Of a DNA stretch of 64,000 nucleotides, positions 17,136-26,100 are shown one piece after another. Every line of letters starts with the position of its first letter. Within the stretch, counting starts at the first letter, position 1. Location of the stretch: NCBI GenBank assembly GCA_902801375.1, contig CADCIB010000012.1, positions 303 through 64,302 on the forward strand, written 5' to 3'. The translations under genes were made by a program, and so were the position numbers. The notes beneath the pieces are model-generated. The model was given only the letters and a program-made list of their open reading frames with translations, was not told the DNA's origin and did not search any database. Source of the stretch: an uncultured Prevotellaceae bacterium (GTDB lineage Bacteria; Bacteroidota; Bacteroidia; Bacteroidales; Bacteroidaceae).

Positions 17136-20100
17136 ATGAAACTAAAAAGAAGAAACATTTGGTTCATCACTGTACTGATGGCAGTCATTGGTGTAAACAC
17201 AGCGTATGCCGACGATGAGACTGACATGCGCAACTGGAGCGAGAACACTGGCTTTGGACAGAACGGCGCCAATCTCACCGACGACGGCTACAGCCTGTGG
17301 GACGGGCAGTCGTTCCAGAACTATGAACTGCGCACCGACGGTCTGCAGCAGGGCGTCCACATCCATAATGCCGCCCAGCTGGCACGCTATGTCTACGACA
17401 TGTACAACGACAGCTACTGGAGCGACCTTCACACGCGCAACGTCTATCTGGAATGCAACATCGACCTTAACAACAAGTATTTCTCCATACTGCACGGCGA
17501 CGACTACTATATCGAGAATGCCACCTTCTATGGGCAGGGCCACGTCATCCGCAACGGCCATGCCATACCCTTTGACAGCTACTGTGCACTGTTTTCCTAC
17601 ATCAAGGGAGGGGAAATCCGCGACCTGACACTCGTCAACTACAATTTGCCCAGCCCCAACTGCGAATACAGCAGCATCCTCTGCGCCTATGCAAAAGAGA
17701 CAAGGAGTAGCGACGCCTATCACTATCCCACCATCCGCAACTGTCGTGTCATCAACTGCCAAACCGGCATCAATACTGAGGGTGCCTACGTGGGAGGCAT
17801 AATAGGCTACGCTGAGCATATCTTCCTGTATGACAATGCCGTCGTCAACTGTAGGATTACGACCCTTGACGACATCGCAGGTGGTCTTGCGGGGTATATC
17901 CATAATACAGAAGAGGACTGCCAACCATTTTGGATTGAACGCAACCGCGTCGTCAACTCCACCGTGCATGCCGCAGATGACCATGCTGGTGGACTGATAG
18001 GCAAAATTGACGAAGAGTCGCCTGTCGTCATCTCTAACAACTATGTACAGAACTGCACCGTTACCTGCGGCGATGAGGACGGCGGTGACTACCTGGGCGG
18101 TCTCATTGGCTATTGCGACATGTACAGATTGGAAGCAAGCAGTAATTATGTACATGCCCAGGTGGAAGCAAAAAGGGAAGCCTGCCAAGCAGGACTTTTT
18201 GCGGGATATTTTGAGAATCATGATGGAGATTCTTATTATATACGTGGAGCGCTCAACTTTGTCGATACTGAGTATTGTAATATAGATTTTTACGGAGTAA
18301 CCGAAGGCTATTATCAGCCCGGAGTACAAAATCAAACCACTGCACAACTGACGACGGTCAGGATGAACGACGAGTACATCTACAAACAAGGTGCGATGCC
18401 TCAAGTTAAGGATGGCTTCGCCTCCAACATCACCATCACTACCGCCACTCAACTGCAGCAGTTGGCCGCCGACGTCAACAGCGGTGCCAAGACCTACGAG
18501 GGATGCCTCGTGAAACTTGGAGCCGACATCGACCTCAGTAGCATAGCCAGCTTCACGCCCATCGGCACATCCACCTACCCCTTCATGGGCGAGTTCGACG
18601 GATGCGGCTTTATCATCTCGCATCTCACCATCAATCGTCCCAACGACAGCGATACCGGACTCTTCGGATACATTCACAATGCCTATATCCACGACGTCAT
18701 TCTGGAGGCTCCGAATGTAACAGGCGGACCCTACTACACTGGCGCTCTCGTGGGCATGGCACAGTCCACCTGTTGTGTGTCTGACATTTGGGTACGTCCT
18801 TCCGACACCGCGACCCCCTACGTCGAGGGCTATGCCAGCACAGGCGGCATCGTGGGGCGCAGCGACAAACGCATCCTCATACAGAGCTGCTACTTCCATG
18901 GAACCGTGCTGACGCGCTACGACCAACAAGGCGATGCCTGGGCGGGGGCCCTCATCGCCAACATCAAGAGTGGAGATGTCAATTACTGCGGAGCACAGGC
19001 CTCCGTCACACGCCAAGACAATGGTGCTCTCAAGAAGGGACTGATTGGCGGTATGTCAACCCTGACAGGGGAAGATGGCGTGTTGATTATCCGCCGCTGC
19101 TATGCCGGCAACGGCGATGCCTCAGCTGGGCTGGGGCTGATAGGTAGCCGCACCAACCTGCTCTCGTGTTTCTACTGCTACGAAAGCAAGCCTTTAGGCG
19201 GTAACGGCATGGCTTTAACACTCGGCTCAGAACATTGGTACTATTATATGGAAGCAGACAAACTGCCCATCCCCATCACCCTCAGCAAGGGCTTACCGGG
19301 CTCTGATCTGGCCTACAGTAACTATTTCTATCTCCTGCCCAACGAAGACGCCCCCGATACTTACCACGTTATAAAGTACAAAGGCTACGGCGGATCTATC
19401 ACCATACCCGCAACAGTGAACGGCAAGAAGGTCACCCGCATTGACAGCGATGTGTTACAGGGCAACCAGGACATCACCGAGGTTACTATCTCCGAGAACA
19501 TCACTGGCATTGGCCACCGCTGCTTCGAGGGATGCCCGTCTCTAAAGAAACTGACTATCAATTCCGTTTCGCCTCTCCACATCGGCCACAGGGCCTTTGC
19601 GGGTTGCCCATCGTTGACAACAATCCAATTCTATTGCGGAGACTTCGACTACACCTATACCGACAACGAGGGTGTTACCGACGGAGGCTATGCGTTCAGT
19701 AATTGTACGCAACTGAAAACGTTGAATTTCGGGTCCACCGCACGCCCCCTCGACGGTTTCAAGGCTAAGTGCGCATTCTATGGTTGCATTAATATCAATG
19801 ACATTGGCACAAGCCCTGATTCCCAAGCGTATCTCTATTTGAATGGCTCCTGGTGTCTTATGGGCAAAGACAACACGCTCCACATGAAAATAAAAAATCC
19901 CTATTCTGACAGTGAGAATGGCAGGTTCAACATCCCTAATGGAGTCACGCTGGCTCCTGGTGCCATCGACGACAACCCCTGGCTGGTTGAAGTCACTGCA
20001 CCTGCCTCATTGACAACGCTCACCGCACCCACCTTCCAGAACTGCAACAATCTGAAGTTTATCGACCTCTCGGCATGCAGCAATCTGAACACGATAACCG

Positions 20101-20951
20101 TTGACCGCACGGCCGAAGGCAATCCCTTCTACGGCGTGAACGAGAAGACGATGATTTACTTGCCTTCATCGCACAGTGCCGCCCAAGGTCAGAAGAACGT
20201 GGTCATCGGCAACACAGCCACAGAGCTTGCACTCACCGACGGTTGGGACTTCGATCCGAAGGTGGACTTCACATTCCCCTCTGCCACCTACAACCGTGTG
20301 CTCCAAGCCGACAAGGGCTACACTGCATGTCTGCCTTTCCCCGCCACATTAGTGCAGGCGGGAGATATGACAGCCAACTGGAAACTCTATGAACCATCGA
20401 AGATTCAGGATATTGAGGGTGTGACAACCGTCACCTTCACTGAGGTGGCTGACGGACAGATGCAGGCCTACACGCCTTATTACATAGTAGTGAGCGAAGG
20501 CGACGTCATCTTCACCTGCACAGGCAGTGGCATCGCCACCACAGGCGCCACCAGTGGACTAACCGACATCGCAGGTGCCTCCTACCAGTTCATGGGCACT
20601 ACCGCTACCATCCCCAACAGCACGCTTTACGATACCAGCAAGCCCGCCTACATCTTGCAGAGCGACGGCATCTGGTACAAGGTGCCGGAGAACGAGTCTC
20701 GTGCCTACGTTGGTCCCTTCCGTGCCTACTTCCAGGCCATGGGTTCAACCAACGCCCGCAGCCTTTCCTCGATGTTCGAGGGGGGGATAGGGTTCGACGA
20801 TGGCAGCGATGTCAGCACATCTGTTGAACAGATTCGCACCATTGATTCCGACGGCGTCGAGCGTTACTTCGACCTCAATGGTCGTCTGTTGTCTGGTAAG
20901 CCCCAAAAGAGTATTTACATCTTGAATGGTAAAAAGTATATAAACAAGTAA
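17136..20951 (+). CDS. GLUG/beta-helix + BspA-LRR surface protein, T9SS cargo (1271 aa), paralog of 13283
   Basis: ORF 17103..20951. Start at ATG 17136 (MKLKRRNIWFITVLMAVIGVNTAYA). Same architecture as the 13283..17128 gene. C-terminus VERYFDLNGRLLSGKPQKSIYILNGKKYINK. Confidence 0.85.
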   Translation: MKLKRRNIWFITVLMAVIGVNTAYADDETDMRNWSENTGFGQNGANLTDDGYSLWDGQSFQNYELRTDGLQQGVHIHNAAQLARYVYDMYNDSYWSDLHTRNVYLECNIDLNNKYFSILHGDDYYIENATFYGQGHVIRNGHAIPFDSYCALFSYIKGGEIRDLTLVNYNLPSPNCEYSSILCAYAKETRSSDAYHYPTIRNCRVINCQTGINTEGAYVGGIIGYAEHIFLYDNAVVNCRITTLDDIAGGLAGYIHNTEEDCQPFWIERNRVVNSTVHAADDHAGGLIGKIDEESPVVISNNYVQNCTVTCGDEDGGDYLGGLIGYCDMYRLEASSNYVHAQVEAKREACQAGLFAGYFENHDGDSYYIRGALNFVDTEYCNIDFYGVTEGYYQPGVQNQTTAQLTTVRMNDEYIYKQGAMPQVKDGFASNITITTATQLQQLAADVNSGAKTYEGCLVKLGADIDLSSIASFTPIGTSTYPFMGEFDGCGFIISHLTINRPNDSDTGLFGYIHNAYIHDVILEAPNVTGGPYYTGALVGMAQSTCCVSDIWVRPSDTATPYVEGYASTGGIVGRSDKRILIQSCYFHGTVLTRYDQQGDAWAGALIANIKSGDVNYCGAQASVTRQDNGALKKGLIGGMSTLTGEDGVLIIRRCYAGNGDASAGLGLIGSRTNLLSCFYCYESKPLGGNGMALTLGSEHWYYYMEADKLPIPITLSKGLPGSDLAYSNYFYLLPNEDAPDTYHVIKYKGYGGSITIPATVNGKKVTRIDSDVLQGNQDITEVTISENITGIGHRCFEGCPSLKKLTINSVSPLHIGHRAFAGCPSLTTIQFYCGDFDYTYTDNEGVTDGGYAFSNCTQLKTLNFGSTARPLDGFKAKCAFYGCININDIGTSPDSQAYLYLNGSWCLMGKDNTLHMKIKNPYSDSENGRFNIPNGVTLAPGAIDDNPWLVEVTAPASLTTLTAPTFQNCNNLKFIDLSACSNLNTITVDRTAEGNPFYGVNEKTMIYLPSSHSAAQGQKNVVIGNTATELALTDGWDFDPKVDFTFPSATYNRVLQADKGYTACLPFPATLVQAGDMTANWKLYEPSKIQDIEGVTTVTFTEVADGQMQAYTPYYIVVSEGDVIFTCTGSGIATTGATSGLTDIAGASYQFMGTTATIPNSTLYDTSKPAYILQSDGIWYKVPENESRAYVGPFRAYFQAMGSTNARSLSSMFEGGIGFDDGSDVSTSVEQIRTIDSDGVERYFDLNGRLLSGKPQKSIYILNGKKYINK

Positions 20952-20973
20952 AAATAAGAAAGGAACAATAGCT

Positions 20974-21141
20974 ATGAAGAAGTTTTATAAGAAGCCCGTC
21001 ACCCAAATCGTGATGCCACAATTCAGCATTAGTCTGCTGCAAACCAGTGGGCGGTTCTCCGACGAAGCCCCCCGTGATGGCTGGGATGAAGGTGGTGCCA
21101 ACGCTCAACAAAACGATGACGCTTGGGACGACGAGGAATGA
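20974..21141 (+). CDS. Unannotated small acidic-tailed ORF (55 aa), paralog of 22907..23086
   Basis: My own translation: MKKFYKKPVTQIVMPQFSISLLQTSGRFSDEAPRDGWDEGGANAQQNDDAWDDEE. It is below the 60-aa cut-off of the ORF track. It shares YxKP(V/I)xx(I/V)V, S(I/L)xLL and a WDD(D/E) C-terminus with the 59-aa ORF at 22907. Confidence 0.4.
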   Translation: MKKFYKKPVTQIVMPQFSISLLQTSGRFSDEAPRDGWDEGGANAQQNDDAWDDEE

Positions 21142-21232
21142 ATCGAGTAGAAACGCAACAAAACAATGGCTTGCTGCTCAGCCGCAGTGGACAGAAAAAG
21201 ATTCGAAATAATAACACATAAAATTTAAAGCA

Positions 21233-22009
21233 ATGAAAAAGAATGTAATCGTTTTTGTGCTGGGAATGATGATGACTCTTCCCGCAAGTGCCCAATGGAC
21301 CAATTATGACACACAGAGCACCATTCGGAGCGTGTTTGGTCTGGCTAATGCCGCCTTGGAGTCGGCAGAACGGAAAAAAGAGATGGAAATTTTGGCACGT
21401 CAGAAAGTAGAGTTCGAGCAGAGCTTCCAGGACGCCATGACCGAGGCCAAGGCTGCCGAAAGTGCAGAAGACTGGGAGGAGGCCCTGGGGAAATATGAGG
21501 AGGCTGCCAAACTGAACTGCAAGTACAGCTACACAGACCAGCGCAACATTTCGCGGAAAATTACCAGCCTTTACGTGAAGGCAGGGCGAGTGGATGACGG
21601 CCCCAGCATCCTCCACAACGCCGAGGTGACGCTTGCCGACTACTCCGCCTACCGATATGTGAGAGAGAATCCTGTCTTCGTGAACAAAAAGAATGCCAGT
21701 GGCGTAAAAATACTGCGTGTGGCATGCTCCAACAGCGAGACGCGTGTTGAGATGGAGATTGAGGCCTATTCAGCAAACATTCCTGTCTACATCAAGGGAA
21801 CTGCTTACATCAAGGGCAACAAAGGCGGCAAACTGGGGCTGGTCAGCGTGCAAAACGTGACGATGGCGCCTGCGAAGACTTTCATCCCCTGGCCATACCA
21901 GAAGTTGCGCTTCGCCCTCATCTTCCCCGCACTGCCCGAAGATGCCAAGGAGTTTGAACTTATCGAGCCTTCCACCACCTGGCAGTTTAAGGATATCAAG
22001 TGTAAATAA
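21233..22009 (+). CDS. Hypothetical secreted protein (258 aa)
   Basis: Signal peptide MKKNVIVFVLGMMMTLPASAQ. A helical N-terminal part (EDWEEALGKYEEAAKLN), then a beta-rich C-terminal part. No recognised family. Confidence 0.65.
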   Translation: MKKNVIVFVLGMMMTLPASAQWTNYDTQSTIRSVFGLANAALESAERKKEMEILARQKVEFEQSFQDAMTEAKAAESAEDWEEALGKYEEAAKLNCKYSYTDQRNISRKITSLYVKAGRVDDGPSILHNAEVTLADYSAYRYVRENPVFVNKKNASGVKILRVACSNSETRVEMEIEAYSANIPVYIKGTAYIKGNKGGKLGLVSVQNVTMAPAKTFIPWPYQKLRFALIFPALPEDAKEFELIEPSTTWQFKDIKCK

Positions 22010-22045
22010 CCTTAACGTTAACGAAACCTTTAATTGTTCTGAGAA

Positions 22046-22813
22046 ATGAATAAAAATCTTTTAGGGATTCTGGTCTTTATTCTGACCAGCAATCTCATGT
22101 TTGCAGGATGTAAGAGTGATGACGATGTTGTGAAATCAGGCTACGACGAAAAAGAACTGAAGATACTCCAGGAATGGCAGGCTGGAAAAACAGTGTCGTC
22201 AACGGCAGTCGAGGCTTTTGGCGGCGTGGACAAATGCTTTGCCGCCGAGCCTATTCCCGACAACGTCTGGGAGCGGATGCAGGACAAGACCTACAAGGAG
22301 AATCCCTACATCGGTCGTGACGACTTACGCCACATCCGGGCTTTGCATTGGGACTACGACGAGCAGATACACGTGGGCGAAATGATCTGTAGCAAGCTGA
22401 TTGCCGACCGTGTGTCGAAAATCCTGCGCCAGCTTTACGATGCGCATTACCCCATCCAGCTGATGGTGCTTCCCGACGAATTCAATGCCGACGACGAGCT
22501 GCAGATGCGTGCCAACAATTCGTCGTGTTTCTGCTTCCGTGCCATCGCTGGCACCACCAAGCTCTCGAAGCACGCCCGTGGCCTGGCCGTAGACATCAAC
22601 ACGCTCTACAACCCCTATTACAAAGACCGTGAGGATGGCACACGCTATGTGCAGCCTGCTACAGCCGTGGAATATTGCAACCGCACACTGACGTTCCCGT
22701 ACAAGATTGACCACGACGACCTCTGTTTCAAGCTCTTTACCGAGGCTGGCTTTGAATGGGGCGGTGACTGGACTTCCTGCAAGGACTTTCAGCATTTTGA
22801 ACTCATCGAATAA
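22046..22813 (+). CDS. M15-family zinc metallopeptidase lipoprotein (VanY / D-Ala-D-Ala peptidase-like)
   Basis: Lipobox NLMFAGC followed by KSDDD. Zinc-ligand motifs SKHARGLAVDIN (HxxxxxxD) and FEWGGDW...DFQHFE are typical of peptidase M15. Confidence 0.8.
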   Translation: MNKNLLGILVFILTSNLMFAGCKSDDDVVKSGYDEKELKILQEWQAGKTVSSTAVEAFGGVDKCFAAEPIPDNVWERMQDKTYKENPYIGRDDLRHIRALHWDYDEQIHVGEMICSKLIADRVSKILRQLYDAHYPIQLMVLPDEFNADDELQMRANNSSCFCFRAIAGTTKLSKHARGLAVDINTLYNPYYKDREDGTRYVQPATAVEYCNRTLTFPYKIDHDDLCFKLFTEAGFEWGGDWTSCKDFQHFELIE

Positions 22814-22906
22814 GCAAGTACAAAGCGATGCTTGCATCAGCTCTGTCGAGCGTGAGAAACGGGTAGAGCGAAGCTCAATTGATAGAAGAAAAAGAAATAT
22901 ATCAAA

Positions 22907-23086
22907 ATGAAAATAATAGAATATCAAAAACCAATTGTTCGTGTGGTAAAGATCACAAGTCTCCCCTTGTTGTCAGGAACGACACAGACTATATCCTTCG
23001 ATCCAAATCAGGGTACTTCGGAGGTGCTTGGTAATGGCTCTGACAGCGAGGAGTGGGATGATGATGATGAACATGAATATGAATAG
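22907..23086 (+). CDS. Unannotated small acidic-tailed ORF (59 aa), paralog of 20974..21141
   Basis: My own translation: MKIIEYQKPIVRVVKITSLPLLSGTTQTISFDPNQGTSEVLGNGSDSEEWDDDDEHEYE. It ends 30 nt upstream of the 1649-aa gene. Confidence 0.4.
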   Translation: MKIIEYQKPIVRVVKITSLPLLSGTTQTISFDPNQGTSEVLGNGSDSEEWDDDDEHEYE

Positions 23087-23116
23087 TCAAACCTTTACGA
23101 CAACAACAAAACGAAG

Positions 23117-26100
23117 ATGAAAACCAAGCGAATTTATTTTTTCTGCTATCTTCTCCTTGTGGTTTGCCTGCCTATGAGGAGTCAGAACTTCAAGCTCTAT
23201 TTCTCTAACAATGTCTCCGACGTTGTCAACTTTGGTCAAATAGAGAGTGAACTTTCTGGGCTCACTTGGCGTGAAGTGAAGAACGGCGACATTGCCGGCA
23301 ATCAAGTAGAGGTTGATGCAGTCATGCGTATGTTTGCATCCCCAGAAAAGAAGGGGTTGACGCAGCAGAAGCAGTTTTGGACCATGCGCGACCACAGTCT
23401 GCTCTGCTTCCGCATCAACGACGGCAAGGGTACCAGCGGCAGCTATGAAGTTTCAGTAGACGATGGCGTGGGCGGTCACCAGTCGATAAGCGTCAGCCGC
23501 TATTTCTATGTCAATGTGCCCCGTCAGGACGAACCCGTGAAAATCAAGGTTTGGCCCACGAACCGTGAAAAGGACTCCATCAGGTTCGAATACTACATCT
23601 ACGACTGGGATGACGACAATCTCTATACCTTCCAACTCGACTCGAAGCGGCAGTTGTCTGGCGAGACCTACAATCTGGAATACGTAGTAAGTTATACCGA
23701 CGCTGAGGGCGAGCGACAGGTGGAGAGCAAGACCTTGGAATTGCAGGGCAAGTCCTTCCAAAGCTTCTATGTAGACAAAGATCAGACGCTGCAGGATGTG
23801 TTCTTGGTCAACCTTAACGAAAACCTTAACACAAGACGCAAGTTGAGGCTCAACAAGGCCCGCCTGCACCCTGGTGTCACGCTGGATCCTGATTTCGGCA
23901 CCACCAGGTTGTCGGTAGGTTTCCATCTTGACAAGCATGAAAACCGCGAATTGGTCAATTTCAATTGGATAGGCACCGGTCTGTACGAGCATTACGACAC
24001 GCTCTATGTCAGCCTCTTTAATAGCCGTGGAAAGAATGTCAGCAAGGCAACGATCAATGTCGAGTCAGTCGACAAAGACGGGCATCGTGCCTACGATCCG
24101 CTCGTGCGCTATGACGGCTACGACCGACGAACAAAAACCCACCGCGTCATCACCAACGGCAAACCAGCTTGTTTAGAGATTCTTGCGTCGGGTTGTGTTC
24201 CGGCTTTCTATCGCTATCCCGGCGCCACAGACCCCGTGACGGGCATCGTCGACGAGTCGCGTTGCGCAGCCAACATCATCCTTCAGACCACTAATGGCAG
24301 CAGCGATGGCATGATGCTGAGTAGCCAGCACCTGATGACACTCAACGACACCAAGACTGTTACCGTCATGAATGGTGAAGACCATAGCGTGTGCGACATT
24401 CACGACTTCGACATCTCTCTCATACCTCAGGCCGACACGCTCTGCTTCATGGACGATGCCGGCAACAACTGGCCCAAAGTGCTTAACGGACAGAAGATAG
24501 AGCGCTATGCCCGTATGGAACTGGTCTATTCCACACCACGCGGCGGCCAACAGCCTCAGGCCTACCTTCAGCTCGACAATGCCAATGACGGTAGTAGCTT
24601 GGCCACCATCAGCCCAATTTCGCTGAACATATTCGGGACGGAGTTTCCCGCTTTCACACGCACATACTTTGTTTCCAGCTACGACCTGACCTCCAACTTC
24701 CCTGAGAACATCTGTTGCCGCATGGCCATCAACGACGGCAATCAGACCTACGCTCCCTTCCCCTTCCTAACAAAGGTGCGCATAGACCGCGAGGCAATGA
24801 AGAAAACCGCTGAGGAGAAAGTGAACAATGACTTTGGTGGCGACGAAGACGAGAGTGCGATGCGCGGATTCAGCGACTCCGGAGTCGCGTTCAACCTACC
24901 CGTATCGGCAAAACTGAAGTTCAGTCCTTTCAATATCAAGACCTCCGTGGTGGTGAATTCGGTGAAACAACTTCTCAGCATCAGCGTCAAAGCCGACTAC
25001 AACCGTGGCGAAAAAGAGGATGAAGGACTGCCTGAAGGCGAGGACGAGCGACTCACCGAAATGCGCAAGGAAGCGAGGGAATACTGCAACTCCATCTACG
25101 AAAAGGATAGCAAGGGCAGAAGTTATAGCGCTGTTGACGACGAACCGTCGTTAGACGACTGGATGGCTGAAGAGATAGACGATGTCTTCGACTTCTCACC
25201 TCAGCGCGTTGGCATAGGCTGGTTTGGAAGTGGGAAAATTAGTTTCGATGTTCCGTTGAGCAAAAACACCAAAGAGTATTTTCACCTGAAAAACCTTAGC
25301 GGAACCATTGGCTATGGCATCGGACTCACCGTTCCTGACCTGCTCGACAAATACCTCACGGGCGGCATTGCCGATATACTGAAAGAGATACCGACCTTCG
25401 GCATTGGTGCTACCTTCGAGGCCTCCATGCAACTTGATTTCGGGTTGAAGACTTTCAACACGAAGATGCCCATATCGACCAAGAACTTCGGCTATTTTGC
25501 CACGGCTTCGGCCAGAATCAAGTTAGGTGCCTGGGCAGAATTGTGTACTCCAGCCAACCCTGTTCTCTTCGTCAATGCGGGCCTGCGTTGTGGTGGCAAA
25601 CTTGCCGGCGCCGCCGGTGTGGCCGCTTGTTTGTCGGACCCCGCGCCGTCAGCAGGAGTCTATGGCGTGGCCATCGCGGGCATCAGTGCCTTTGCTGATT
25701 TTCGCACCTATTTCTTCCAGTGGTCGGGGCGTGCTGGCGTTGCCATCGGCAAAGAGTGGTATTACCCCAACGACGACCATAACCCGCTTCACCCAGACTT
25801 CCCCTATTGGCTGAAGGACGTAAAGGCCAGCACCGTTGGGCAGAGTTATCGACGGCTGCCAAAACTTGGTGCTACCGACCTCGGCAAACCTGTCATAGAG
25901 AATGTGGCCAGCAACACCAACCCGCATTTCCTCGACGAACGCCACGTCGTTTTCAACGATTTGGGCAAGCCTGACGACTACAACGACGACCGCATCAGCA
26001 TTCTTGACACTGAGAGCGGAGAAACGGCTGACCTTAACGCCAACCTTAACCTGAACACTGCTACGACAAACCAAAACCGCTCGAAGCGGGGAAAGCATGA

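Noticed and set aside
17142-19016. 624-aa minus-strand ORF, and similar long antisense ORFs (5376..6194, 8808..9893, 29644..30861, 33332..34105, 42444..43082, 25649..26569).
   Set aside because: They lie entirely opposite large genes that have clear repeat/domain structure, signal peptides and T9SS tails. Their translations are low-complexity (Val/Ala/Gly/Asp-rich) shadow frames typical of GC-rich coding DNA, with no promoter boxes or recognisable motifs.
20780-20786. G7 homopolymer inside the 17136..20951 gene just upstream of its T9SS tail, as a possible slipped-strand phase-variation switch.
   Set aside because: Seven bases is short for efficient slippage, and the paralogs lack an equivalent tract. 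Population sequencing would be needed, so this was not promoted to a finding.
23575-23595. GGTTCGAA strings (also near 45481) that resemble tRNA T-arm sequence.
   Set aside because: Both lie inside well-supported CDSs. They lack acceptor and anticodon stem complementarity in the flanking sequence, so they are not tRNAs.
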